Virus record (IMG/VR): IMGVR_UViG_3300012667_000090
Location: 1-42,185 of that record
Origin: a virus
Taxonomy: Duplodnaviria; Caudoviricetes
Length of the DNA stretch: 42,185 nt
Reading direction: 5' to 3' (one strand)
Shown: positions 10,801-19,780 of the stretch, piece after piece
Layout of the letters: every line of letters starts with the position of its first letter
Position numbering within the stretch: position 1 is the first letter of the stretch
Notes under the pieces: generated by a model
What the model saw: the letters and a program-made list of their open reading frames with translations, nothing else
The model's database searches: none
Told to the model about the DNA's origin: nothing
Program-made: the position numbers and the translations under genes

Positions 10801-13199
10801 ACTGGGCCAAGTCTAATGGGTATACTGTTAACGGTAAGGGCGGAACACAAAGCTGGAATGATGCGGCAACAGAAAGCCAATACATTAACCAAAAGGCTGA
10901 AGAAGTAACAAAGGCTAACATGGCTGCACAGCAAGCACAAGAGGCTGCTGCAGATACTGGTCCAGATACTAGTGGCGGTGGCGGTGGTGGCCCACAGGCG
11001 TCAATGCTAGATGACCTACTAAAGAAACTAAAGCAAGTGCAGATGAATGCACTTGAGGTTACCAAGGGCTGGGCAGCTTCTAGAACAGCTCTAGACAACC
11101 TTTTCCCAGGTGGTGGAAGCAACTCACCATTTAATGGTATCGAGCAAGCCATGCGTAGACTTGGTGCTAATGAGCCACTCATTAACCTTATTGCTGGAAT
11201 GGATCCAGAAGAGTTCAAGAAGCGTAAGGACGAACTGTTCACATTTGATGCAAATGGAAATATCGCTGGATTTAGAGAAAGCCTGCTGTCTATTAGTGCA
11301 GCACTGCGATCAATTGCTTTTGGTGAGTTCCAAAGCAAGCAGCAGAAGTCAATTGCTACAGTAAATGACCAGTCTACAGCAATGCGTAAGCTAGTGTCTG
11401 TTGGAATGAGTACTGCAGATGCATACGCTATTGTTTCAGATGCAACAATGGCTGCGTCAATCGCACAAGAGTCAAACCTTGACATCGTAAGACAGTCCGT
11501 TGCATTATATAGAGAGTCTGAAAAGGCTATCAAGGATCAGGCTGCAGCTCAGGCGGTAGCAAACAAGGTTCAGCAAACTGTAGATAAGAGAGCACTAACA
11601 TCATTCCTAGCTGCTAATGCTGGTAACTATACAGACAAGCAGATGCAGGCAATCCTTGGAGATGAAAACCTACAGCGTCTAGTTCTTACCCCAGGTATTG
11701 ATCCAGCCACATTAGAGCAGGCATTGAAAGATGCAGAGAACGCTGCAGACCTAGAGATCGATGTAAAGAAGCTAACCCTTAAGGGTATGGAAGAAATCTT
11801 TAATGATGGCTTTAGCAAGGCAATGGAAGCCTTTGCAGCACAAGAACAAGCTATCGACATCAAGTTTAAGGCTAAGACAGATCCTCTTAATGATATTATT
11901 ACTGCTGCACAGCAGGCTATCGAAGACATTCAAAACCGTGCAGGTGGAATGGACGACCTTGAGGCTGACCTAACTAGAATCGGTAACAAGGAAAAAGAAA
12001 TAAATGACAAGTATACCGAAAGAAATGAAGCACTAGATAAGGTAAGAACTGCGAACGAAGCACTTGTTTCTCAGCAGAAGGCTCAGCTTACTCTTGCAGA
12101 CGCATTATCCCAGGGTGACATCTCTGCTGCAGCCAAGGCAGTTCAGGAGCAGCGTGCACAGGCAGCATCCGATGCAATAGCAAACCAGCAAAAGGTGCTA
12201 GACTCAGCAAGACAGCTTGAGCTAGACACTCTAGTTGGACAGATGGGTCTAACTAGAAAGCAGATCGAAGAGCAGATTCTTTCTTTAAGAACTCAGATCT
12301 TTAATATTGAAGAGCAGCTAATCGAGCCAGCAACAAGACAGATTGCACTTCTTGATCGTCAGAAGAAGATTGAAATTGATAGCCTCACAGTTCTTGGTAG
12401 AACTAAGCAGGAATGGCAGAATATCAAGGCAAAGATTGATCTGGCCAAGACATCTAGCAAGGAATACAAAGAGGCCATGGAGCAGGCACTTGGTGTTGTC
12501 CAGGGTATTCTTGATAAGTGGACTGAGATTGAAAAGCCTAAGACCACAGTGCACACCATCATTACAAGAAACATTACAGAGGGTGATCCTGCTGGCAACA
12601 TTGGTGCATCTGGAGATACCGTTGGTGGTCCTGGATCTGGATCTGAGCAAGAAACTGGGGCACCAGGTGGATCTCCTTCTACTCCTTCATCTGGAAAGAA
12701 GACTAGTTCTCAATGGAACTCTATGTCTGGGTCAAGCGACTATGCAACTCTAAGCAAGCGTTGGAAGGCTATGCAGGATGTTACAAATCCAATGGGTCCA
12801 CAAAGAATCGCTGTGCAGAAGCTATGGGACGAATATGTCTGGTGGAACAAAACTGCAAACACTCCAATGAAGCAAAAGAAGATTGCCGACCTAAAGGCTG
12901 GATTTACCAAGTATGGCTATAACACTGGTGGTCTAGTCTCTGGTCTTGGAAATAAAGACAAGATAAGTGCAATGCTTACTCCAGGAGAGTTTATAATTAC
13001 CAAGCCAGCAGTACAAGCTTTTGGTGCAGCAAACTTAAGTGACATAAACAACGGAAAATTCTCAAGCGGTTCCATGTATAATAATACATATAACATTAGT
13101 GTGGATGTCCGAGACGGAAATGCAAACAACATTGCGAAGGCAGTTGTGGCACAAATCAAGCAAGCAGACTCACAGCGAATTAGAGGAAATAGGTTTTAA
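4863..13199 (+). CDS. Tape measure protein (2778 aa)
   Basis: Longest ORF, follows tube and chaperone genes; TP901-type core ('EDL..AI..AG.V....G...E...FL......G......G.AL'); Ala/Gly-rich hydrophobic stretches and coiled coils. Confidence 0.95.
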   Translation: MADIESNIDININANQALASIKRLQAEISAFHQAMSKGSAKAAQEAALLQQQLVNSINATGKFSATMQTVSTSTESFTTALEKNKMSMGQYFKYAMGATEGFGRLFRTEFDTIEKVARERVKTLQTQYIKLGRDANGAMKAISVRPLALDMEDLGTKVAITAQKQQLLNQLLKQGSTNLLNFGKNTQWAGRQLMVGFTVPLTIFGATASREFMKIEEQALRFKRVYGDSMTPSDQTDKMIEQIRELSGEFTKYGVSVEKTMALAADAAAMGKQGADLIAQVTEANKLAVLGGVEQSAALETTTSLTNAFGVAADQLSGKINFLNAVENQTVTSIEDLTEAIPKAGPVVQQLGGDVEDLAFFLTAMKEGGIDAAEGANALKSGLASMINPTKEATDQLAGMGINLKAIVDNNAGNVKNMVTGLATELDTLTSIDRAKAIETLFGKFQFARMSTLFQNVIAEGSQASRVLELTNASTQELAILAEREMKRIEDSPMYKFQKVMEDLKASLAPIGEAFLKAVTPIIEWGTGILKSFDNMGEGAKQFLTVAVAAIAGLGPILLMTFGLMANGIANIIKMFGVMGGLFGKLSGQSTTLGLNTQYMTQEQLEAASVAASLNQTHQSLVQTFTSEATAVQALAAAYRNAAVAIQGVQRPMMPGAPMPGGAGTKKYAKGAYSVPGPKGAGDVVPAMLSPGEAVIPADKAEQYRGLIQGIIAGTIPGFTLGTDRVGETFLEEDRSWVNNTLANVPDELAPGKINKTKSNLEELSFRRISVARKKNNGELVSRYKAEFEKHIAAGVKSEGGMKDAFKESPSGQDIMAEIDTRTRPDRLKTEQLHADAGVSLTPSQLVAAKDKIGGSGTAGFKDLATFLVENGLEDAVSFSAKTGKTRAGGAKINKDQARTTGSNPGADIGEVLADYTKYDSKSGWSESVKKHGQGDINDEELVRELEAYDADVVAIVQRHQQDGIEKIVDSREDLKKLQDRGIDTSKFMSMEDVYAEADANINPDGKLRPVFDKAKEKITQVRANITGRKQIEDWVGDDPERRAQADAALRAGGVANRSSDTKSASGSVSEIEKLKEELVDSVEESGQMQSPSKRMKKAGENLVAGLEEGVESGSGDIKDAGKAAGGKIDAEAARRVREEVRAAQIEEDKRLGISSSVGPVPVAVPTRKPAKLVTGEVAMTDVENATRRAQRESGMLDGSGSPTADRIAAKLSGGLDWVRGKAPRLAAVIDNKLNDLDKMLDLEGRHQAEADAAAQRVVVAREKMAAALETEAARMSAAGETGPVSVDPSKVLSRRELIDYERSQIDEEARNRKDLARQKRQKRAAAIGSVGAVASTAVGMMSMAGGDLGNFAQSVGPAVIAFSTLGPMLTAMPPQAAIAVGAIGALVGAFVAIKTNLDNVRAEAMKTAEALGTSESALRKYAEFSGRVTAGEIKDKERAAQATGYGVQAGKGSFGLNFMQSEQGKALLESVKTARKGGADVQSMMVNQMMAAVSSGALDTTQARSVIAQLATEMGDYDFGIKVNGELSQLLGPNGENVLKDPIGIRIKMIEDRNAQLAKGAKRINDVAAGGASAQTALGGIGAVAGGAAALAGGLGAVTAFGAAVTGAAAGTSSIAATFLGLSAATGPIGLAVAGVAALGLGIWAAYDGTQKLESASASYVAQGVMALQNNQEILDSLEVEYQKKIDIAKAAGDQAEAERLTNEYLNGRNDILAASAQTMTSMANQFAGADMFAKGAMGRSLDTAIENQYKDNALAQQVAIEARNQIVATTADTEQGNKNEYTMKLMLASGDVDPSLMLSLVETFKDSEADMTAMVTYMTNLGTAEGARLMQTISAFQNPDGTPNTQAQKTFTSNFVEGKAPEETKKYLDLFEEISKGETAGLEIGAALNFYNEDPAAAEEAANDLAMLREQAKQGPISLDYIVTLYGQEVGDIIASNQAYFESLPPDQQVVYTTVLKTVRIGVGQAGDKTEDRKAYINWAKSNGYTVNGKGGTQSWNDAATESQYINQKAEEVTKANMAAQQAQEAAADTGPDTSGGGGGGPQASMLDDLLKKLKQVQMNALEVTKGWAASRTALDNLFPGGGSNSPFNGIEQAMRRLGANEPLINLIAGMDPEEFKKRKDELFTFDANGNIAGFRESLLSISAALRSIAFGEFQSKQQKSIATVNDQSTAMRKLVSVGMSTADAYAIVSDATMAASIAQESNLDIVRQSVALYRESEKAIKDQAAAQAVANKVQQTVDKRALTSFLAANAGNYTDKQMQAILGDENLQRLVLTPGIDPATLEQALKDAENAADLEIDVKKLTLKGMEEIFNDGFSKAMEAFAAQEQAIDIKFKAKTDPLNDIITAAQQAIEDIQNRAGGMDDLEADLTRIGNKEKEINDKYTERNEALDKVRTANEALVSQQKAQLTLADALSQGDISAAAKAVQEQRAQAASDAIANQQKVLDSARQLELDTLVGQMGLTRKQIEEQILSLRTQIFNIEEQLIEPATRQIALLDRQKKIEIDSLTVLGRTKQEWQNIKAKIDLAKTSSKEYKEAMEQALGVVQGILDKWTEIEKPKTTVHTIITRNITEGDPAGNIGASGDTVGGPGSGSEQETGAPGGSPSTPSSGKKTSSQWNSMSGSSDYATLSKRWKAMQDVTNPMGPQRIAVQKLWDEYVWWNKTANTPMKQKKIADLKAGFTKYGYNTGGLVSGLGNKDKISAMLTPGEFIITKPAVQAFGAANLSDINNGKFSSGSMYNNTYNISVDVRDGNANNIAKAVVAQIKQADSQRIRGNRF

Positions 13200-13849
13200 T
13201 GTCACAAGTAGCATACCTGAAGGGTAGAACCAAATACCAACGCCCACAGGCAATGCTATGGGCAAACAATCCTGGATCTGTAGTTTTATTTGATGGCGAC
13301 CAGCAAAGCTACTATGTACCAAATGGTCTTGAAATAGGCTCTATTGATAACAACGGAGACGATAACTACTCTGGAAATGAATTCATTATTCTTTCTGATG
13401 ACAATAGAAAAGACATTGACTTTAAGCCAGAAAGAATTGAAAAGCGTGAGCGTACCATAAACGGAAGAATGCGTTCATACCACATTGCAGATAAGCTTTC
13501 AATCTCGACATCATGGGAAATGCTTCCATCAAGATCAGCATCTTTGACACCATCATTTGACTCTTCTACTGGGTTGGCATCTACAACACCACTAATGTAC
13601 ACGACTGATGGCGGTGCTGGAGGGGTAGAGCTGCTTGATTGGTATCAAAACAATACTGGTTCATTCTGGGTATACCTTTCATATGACAAGTATTCTAACT
13701 TCGGTAAGTCTGATGCTGCATACGGAAACCTTGGAAAATATAGCCAGGTAGTAGAAGTATTCTTCTCAAGCTTTGAATATAGCATAGTAAAACGTGGTGG
13801 CTCTAATCATGACTTTTGGAATGTTTCGGTAACACTGGAAGAGGTATAG
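13199..13849 (+). CDS. Putative distal tail (Dit-like) protein
   Basis: TAATG-coupled to the tape measure gene; 'ERTINGRMR...K..ISTSW..LP...VSVTLEEV' pattern. Confidence 0.65.
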   Translation: MSQVAYLKGRTKYQRPQAMLWANNPGSVVLFDGDQQSYYVPNGLEIGSIDNNGDDNYSGNEFIILSDDNRKDIDFKPERIEKRERTINGRMRSYHIADKLSISTSWEMLPSRSASLTPSFDSSTGLASTTPLMYTTDGGAGGVELLDWYQNNTGSFWVYLSYDKYSNFGKSDAAYGNLGKYSQVVEVFFSSFEYSIVKRGGSNHDFWNVSVTLEEV

Positions 13850-13850
13850 T

Positions 13851-16800
13851 ATGTTTACCAATACCCAGCTACAGGACCACCTCGAAACATCTTCTTCTAT
13901 TGGTGTTAGTTCTACCATCATTGCTGAGTGGAACATGAATGTTGCCAACAATATTTCAAAGATTGGTAATTACAGATTTAGACCAACTGCTGAGGCTGCA
14001 TCAGAAGATGGCGTATACAGGCTTTTGCAGACATCATATGACCCAAACGATGGTGGTCCAGCAGATAACGCTGTAAGATTCTACACTGGAGCTACAGATG
14101 CAGACGTAGTAATCGATGGCGGTATTGATAAGACAGAAGCCCCACTAGCATTTACATCTATCAAAGAAAAAGAAAAACTACTCTACTCTTTGGAAGATTG
14201 TTTAAATAGATTTAGACCACGGTCTGGTATTAACAAGGCAAGATTTTTCGACGGTAAGTATGTTCACCACGACAATGTAGATATGACTAGCCGTCCAAGA
14301 TACTACATGCCACATAAGGAAGATAACTTTAAGTACTGGTCATCATTTAGAACAGAAAACAATGTTGAGCGAGGCATCTCCAAAAACTTTAATGGTAGAT
14401 ACTACATCGACGATGCAGCACCGTTTGTTGTTTATGAGAATGAGATTCCTGTTAACAGAATTATTGTTAAGATGCAGACTAATGTTGGTAGCGTAAATCT
14501 GGGTCCATACACAAATTCATATACTACGTTTGCAGATCCACTATATGGTGATAACAACAAGACAACACCAGTAAGATGGAAGATTCAATACCTAGACGGT
14601 GATAGCTGGGTAGATGCAATATCATTTGACGAACTATCTGCAAGAGCAGACGGATCAGCCATTGTAAAGAGTGACGGATATGTTGAAGTATCGTACGGCC
14701 TTGTCGTGCCAGAAAAGTATTCAAACAGCTTCAAGATTGCTGGAGAGTATAGCTCAGCAAACGCTTTGCCATTTAGTGCAAATATTGGAGATGCTTATCT
14801 AGTTAAAGAAACAGCAACAGACATTGGAGACTTCTTTGTTTGGGATGGCGACGGCTATGAGTCATTCCAGCCTGTATATAACTGGCACATCAGTGATGAC
14901 GTAGTAACTAATAAATCTAACTTTGCTACCGACTTGGTTTTACCAGAAACATTTATTGATCCAATCGATTCAAAGAGCAAGTACCGAGAAATACAGTATA
15001 TCTCTGGCGTTAGAGTCGTTGCCGAAACAATGAATGTAGACGACTGCACCTTTGATCTGATTGAAATGTCTCCAAGACTTGCTGTTGACCTATCAGACAA
15101 GGTAACAGATATATCGATCACCAAGAGTGCATCTGACCTAGGTACCAGCGGTATGCCAGTAGGCCAAATACTAGCATCTACTGGAAAGATTAATCTGTTT
15201 GACTATGACAATGCATTTAGTGATACCAATCTAGATAGCATCATCTCAGACGCTTTCTCCCAAAACATCCAGATTAAAATTTATGAAAATATTTTAAATG
15301 TAGGAGACCAGGACTTCTCAATTCCAGTTAAAACTATGTATACTGAAGGATTCCCAGAGCTAAATAAGCAGGACAGATCAGTGTCCATGACGATTAGGGA
15401 TCTATTCTTCTACTTTGAATCAATCTCTGCACCACAGATTCTAATTCAAAATGCATCAGTAAGCTATGCAGTGTCAATGCTACTAGACTCAGCTGGCTTC
15501 TCAAACTATACATTTAGAAGAAACCCTGACGAATCAGAAGCAACGATTCCATATTTCTTTGTTGCACCAGATAAAAGTCTTGCAGAAGCACTACAGGACA
15601 TTGCTGTATCAACACAAACTGCCATGTTCTTTGATGAATACAACAACTTTATAATGATGAGCAAAAACTACATGCTTCCTAGCGTTAGCGATAGAGAAAC
15701 AGACATGACTCTGATCGGGTCAACTGACTTTTTTGACGACGGTATATTGGAGAATAAGGCAACAAATACAAAGCTAGCAAACATTATTAGTCTTAACTCT
15801 ACAAGCAATAGCGTATATAATGATGGATCAATTAGATTTACTAATAGATACATTCAAAGATCTTACAACTCTATAAAGCAGGCCAGCAGAATTGATCGTG
15901 ATAAGTCATGGATTTACAAGCCAGTATTGCTTTGGGAAGTTTCTGGCTCTGAGGTGACCAAGTCAAAGAATGAGGAGACAGCTTCTCAGTCTACCTACAC
16001 ACTATCGGCAATCCCACTAAATTCAACTCTGACTAATGTAGTGCCAGAGGTGGTAGCTGGAACTCTAGTAAATAATACAATGGACTTTGGTGATGGTGTT
16101 TACTGGATCGGTAGATACAATGGATACTTCTATTCAAATGGAGAGGTAATCAAGTATGACGCTGTAGAATACAATGTTCCAGGTACTGGAAACGTGTGGA
16201 TTAACAGTGTTCAGGAGTATCAGTCATACTTCTCAAAGATCCCATTCAATGGCAAGCTTTACCCAACAGGACTCGTCAGAATTTATGCAGAGCCAAACTA
16301 TGAGGTCAGGGATGGAGTTACAACCTTAAAGAATGGTGCTGTTGCCAAACACGGTCGTGGCCAGTTTGGTACTGCCGTAACAACCCACACAGCTGGCCTA
16401 GACCCATATTGGTCAAACACAGACAGAGATACGGCACCAGTAAGAGGCATTGATATGGAGTCAAAGTACCTATTCTCTGGCGATACAGAGTTTGTTCTCT
16501 CTGGAGTATATAGCGAATATGCCGATAAGGGCGATACCGTTCTATCCGATAAAAAGCTTCCAGTAGTAATAACTACCGTTAGCGGATCACAAGTTTTGAT
16601 GACAGCAACAGCACATGGTCTAAATGATGGCGACCAGCTTACCGTTAGTACAACTGGCATTATGCACACTGGCATAGTAGAAGATACCATTTACTACGTA
16701 ACAAACAAAACCGCAAATACATTCCAGATACAATCTAAACCTGGAAGTGGTCCAGTAGAAATTACAGCACTAGGCAGCGGCAACTACTATGTGCTACCAC

Positions 16801-19259
16801 TTAAAGACTGGAAAGCAGTGGCTGTGACAATTGCTCACGGTGACCCAACTGTAATCACACTAAACTCTCATGGTCTGGTAGAGGGAGATAGACTCTTCTT
16901 TACAACAACTGGTGCCCTACCAGCTGGAATGACAGCGAGACAGCTCTACTACGTCTACTACGTCATTGACGCAAACACGTTTGAAATATCGGCATACCCA
17001 GATGGAACCACTCTTGAGACCACAGCTGCTGGAGCTGAAATACACACAATGCATGCAGTGGATGTAGAGGGTACCATGTCTGTAATTAATGATCACAGAT
17101 TTGCTGCTGGCAACAAGGTTCAGTTTGTTGGCGGTGCAGAGGGCATGACGTATAATGAAACTCAGCCTCTCCCACAGCCATTGGTAGCTTCACAAGACTA
17201 CTACATCATTGCACAGGGACTTACAGGTAAGGAGTTTATGATTTCACAAACTCTTAACGGAACTCCAGTGAGGTTTAGACAAACACACCAACTGATACAG
17301 TTTATGACAAATCTAAATGCTGACCAATCAGTGCTAAACTCTAAAATCATAGTTCCAGATGTCAGCAAAATACATGAAGATTTTACTGTTGAATTTGTAA
17401 GCGGTGTTGGTAGAATTCTTGAGGGAACCAAGGTAACAGCAATAGATGCTACCAATAATGTAATTACCATCAGCCCTGCGGCACAGAAGCAGCTACTGAG
17501 AGATTATATAGATCCAGCAACAGAGGTTCCAGTAATAAACCAGATAAGAATTCTTGATAAGGTAGATACTGGCATTGGAGCAGCAGGTGTAAATACTACG
17601 CTTGCACAGAAGGCTACTCGTAATGGGATCGTTAAGAATTTCCTAAGCACTGCAAACCTTAGAGAAACAGATGTAAATCAATTCCAGTCTACACAAACTG
17701 GAACCATACAGTCCTCTGCATTTGTATTTAATGGCCCAACTTTTGAGGCAACACAAACCCCACTAGACTTTATATCCTATGCCTACAAAGAGCTAGATAA
17801 TAGTTACACTCACTTTGGCACACGAATGAGAATTATTGGTCAGATTAATGCTACCGAAAATAGCCAAACTCCAATTGGAAGCACAGCATATTACACTGTT
17901 AACTCAGCACTATCTCCAGACCAGGACATATCTATTTCTGGTGGCTCTGGTGGACTCGGAATAATGATTAATCCAGAAACAAATAGTGGATACTATCTAG
18001 AAATTATTACGTTAACAGAAAACAATCTAAAGCAATACTCTGGCAACTCAGAGATTCACAATATCATCTTTTACAAGGTAAAAAAGAATGCCTCAGATCC
18101 AACTGCCACAGCATCATCAAAAGCAATTCCTGTAAAACTATGGGGTGGCACTTCGCAGTTTGTTGTTGACGATGGATTGTTTACTGGACAATATCGAATG
18201 GCTGCTGAGCAAAATCCAACGGTATATGATATTGCCGTTGAGTATGCCGATAGTGGAAAAGATAGAACATTCCACATTTATTTAAATGATAAGATCATAG
18301 CCACGGTAGTAGATACAGACCCATTGCCAAAGTATAACAATATGGCAATGTTTGTCCGTGGATCTGCTAGATGTATGTTTGAAAATGTCTATGCAATAAC
18401 TAATAACTATGCAGAAAACACAAAGGCACAGCTTGATGTATCGAAGTCACCAGTATTTGGTAGCGATAACGATACAGTAACAACATCACTAAGAAAATAC
18501 GCAATGAGTGGTATTGTTCAGTCAAAGTATTTGAATGGTATTAGCCCAGCACAACCACCAAAGTATCAGATGTACTTTGAAGAGTTTGGAACCATTATGC
18601 GTGAAGCTGCATACATGAATATAAAGTATGACAAGGCTTACCCTGCTCTATACTCAAAGATATCTCCAACCTTTAATAACCTTAAGGGGTACACAGTCTC
18701 TGGCTATATTGGAAGTAGCTATGGGGCAGAGTTCATGATCTTTAATAATACCGATACGGCATTAAGCCTTGATGAAACAACTGGAAACTACCTAAGAATT
18801 CAGGGTATAACATTCACACAGCAATCACAGCAAGAACTAACTGTAGACGATTACTTCTCAAAGGTAAGCGATTTCTCCGAGATTAATCAGTCTGATGTAG
18901 ATGTTGTGTCATCGATTAATCGTGTAAAGAAAGATTATCAAGACATAAAGAATAGCAGAATGTCATATGGTAAAAAGCAGTTTGCTCTTGATGCACCATA
19001 CATACAAGACCAGGATACTGCAGAAAACCTAATGGCCTGGATGATTTCAAAGATAATGAAGCCTAGAAAGTCTATTGGTATGTCTGTATTCGGCGTGCCA
19101 ACTCTACAGCTGGGTGACATTGTAGAGATAGACTATAATGATAAGTCTGGCAACAATGAGATTTCACTGAACGATTCAAGGTTCGTTGTTTATCACATAG
19201 AATATAAAAAGGATGCCAGTGGTCCATCACATACTGTATATGTTAGCGAGGTAGTTTAG
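13851..19259 (+). CDS. Large minor tail/baseplate hub protein with internal beta-domain repeats
   Basis: 1802 aa, beta-rich; C-terminal 'IQ....A..L..W......P......G.PTLQLGDIV' hub motif; three HGL-type repeats internally. Confidence 0.75.
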   Translation: MFTNTQLQDHLETSSSIGVSSTIIAEWNMNVANNISKIGNYRFRPTAEAASEDGVYRLLQTSYDPNDGGPADNAVRFYTGATDADVVIDGGIDKTEAPLAFTSIKEKEKLLYSLEDCLNRFRPRSGINKARFFDGKYVHHDNVDMTSRPRYYMPHKEDNFKYWSSFRTENNVERGISKNFNGRYYIDDAAPFVVYENEIPVNRIIVKMQTNVGSVNLGPYTNSYTTFADPLYGDNNKTTPVRWKIQYLDGDSWVDAISFDELSARADGSAIVKSDGYVEVSYGLVVPEKYSNSFKIAGEYSSANALPFSANIGDAYLVKETATDIGDFFVWDGDGYESFQPVYNWHISDDVVTNKSNFATDLVLPETFIDPIDSKSKYREIQYISGVRVVAETMNVDDCTFDLIEMSPRLAVDLSDKVTDISITKSASDLGTSGMPVGQILASTGKINLFDYDNAFSDTNLDSIISDAFSQNIQIKIYENILNVGDQDFSIPVKTMYTEGFPELNKQDRSVSMTIRDLFFYFESISAPQILIQNASVSYAVSMLLDSAGFSNYTFRRNPDESEATIPYFFVAPDKSLAEALQDIAVSTQTAMFFDEYNNFIMMSKNYMLPSVSDRETDMTLIGSTDFFDDGILENKATNTKLANIISLNSTSNSVYNDGSIRFTNRYIQRSYNSIKQASRIDRDKSWIYKPVLLWEVSGSEVTKSKNEETASQSTYTLSAIPLNSTLTNVVPEVVAGTLVNNTMDFGDGVYWIGRYNGYFYSNGEVIKYDAVEYNVPGTGNVWINSVQEYQSYFSKIPFNGKLYPTGLVRIYAEPNYEVRDGVTTLKNGAVAKHGRGQFGTAVTTHTAGLDPYWSNTDRDTAPVRGIDMESKYLFSGDTEFVLSGVYSEYADKGDTVLSDKKLPVVITTVSGSQVLMTATAHGLNDGDQLTVSTTGIMHTGIVEDTIYYVTNKTANTFQIQSKPGSGPVEITALGSGNYYVLPLKDWKAVAVTIAHGDPTVITLNSHGLVEGDRLFFTTTGALPAGMTARQLYYVYYVIDANTFEISAYPDGTTLETTAAGAEIHTMHAVDVEGTMSVINDHRFAAGNKVQFVGGAEGMTYNETQPLPQPLVASQDYYIIAQGLTGKEFMISQTLNGTPVRFRQTHQLIQFMTNLNADQSVLNSKIIVPDVSKIHEDFTVEFVSGVGRILEGTKVTAIDATNNVITISPAAQKQLLRDYIDPATEVPVINQIRILDKVDTGIGAAGVNTTLAQKATRNGIVKNFLSTANLRETDVNQFQSTQTGTIQSSAFVFNGPTFEATQTPLDFISYAYKELDNSYTHFGTRMRIIGQINATENSQTPIGSTAYYTVNSALSPDQDISISGGSGGLGIMINPETNSGYYLEIITLTENNLKQYSGNSEIHNIIFYKVKKNASDPTATASSKAIPVKLWGGTSQFVVDDGLFTGQYRMAAEQNPTVYDIAVEYADSGKDRTFHIYLNDKIIATVVDTDPLPKYNNMAMFVRGSARCMFENVYAITNNYAENTKAQLDVSKSPVFGSDNDTVTTSLRKYAMSGIVQSKYLNGISPAQPPKYQMYFEEFGTIMREAAYMNIKYDKAYPALYSKISPTFNNLKGYTVSGYIGSSYGAEFMIFNNTDTALSLDETTGNYLRIQGITFTQQSQQELTVDDYFSKVSDFSEINQSDVDVVSSINRVKKDYQDIKNSRMSYGKKQFALDAPYIQDQDTAENLMAWMISKIMKPRKSIGMSVFGVPTLQLGDIVEIDYNDKSGNNEISLNDSRFVVYHIEYKKDASGPSHTVYVSEVV
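16560..17280 (+). repeat. Three tandem protein-level repeats (H-G-L-x-x-G-D...YY[VI]...N-T-F-x-I)
   Basis: AHGLNDGDQL...IYYVTNKTANTFQI; SHGLVEGDRL...LYYV...DANTFEI; DHRFAAGNKV...DYYII...KEFMI. Confidence 0.75.
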
Positions 19260-19768
19260 TGTCAGAAGAAGTTTCAGCCTTACCATTTATTGTAGAGCCA
19301 ATATCCATTACGCCTGCACCAAAGCCAGTGAAGGTAGCAACGCCAGATATCACGCTACTACAGTCAAGTTCACTGCCAGTAGACTCAATGACAGACCTAG
19401 TGTTTAGAGATATTGGTGGACACGAGATTATTAATGTTGCCAGACACAATCTAATTAATGGGCAAAACGTTTCATACCAACTAATTGGTGATGTTAAAGA
19501 TCTTGAGCAGGAGTATAACTCAAAAAATATCATTCCTATGCCAGGATCTTCAGATAAGTATTTCAACTCAAAGCCTATTGAGTTGTTGTCGCACATTCCA
19601 AATGTTGGTACTGGTGCCAACGGGGAGCACATATACCTAGAGAATGGTTCATTCTTTGAAACTAGCACTGGCGATATTGTTATTAATGTTGTAAATCTGC
19701 TTCCAGGCGAGCAGGTAGAGGTGGAGATCATTACTCCTGGTACACTGTTTGATGATACAATGTATTAA
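19259..19768 (+). CDS. Minor tail protein (hypothetical)
   Basis: TAGTG overlap with the upstream stop; tail-module context. Confidence 0.6.
   Translation: MSEEVSALPFIVEPISITPAPKPVKVATPDITLLQSSSLPVDSMTDLVFRDIGGHEIINVARHNLINGQNVSYQLIGDVKDLEQEYNSKNIIPMPGSSDKYFNSKPIELLSHIPNVGTGANGEHIYLENGSFFETSTGDIVINVVNLLPGEQVEVEIITPGTLFDDTMY
19753..19761 (+). promoter_or_regulatory. Possible extended -10 promoter TGaTACAAT
   Basis: Matches the recurring TGnTAnnnT motif about 20 nt before ATG19781. Confidence 0.45.
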
Positions 19769-19780
19769 GATAGGAAAATA

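Noticed and set aside
4955-13159. Many long minus-strand ORFs inside the tape measure gene (e.g. 9530..10444, 10760..11533)
   Set aside because: They are antisense shadows of an Ala/Gly-rich gene with no motifs or initiation signals. The same applies to minus-strand ORFs throughout the window.
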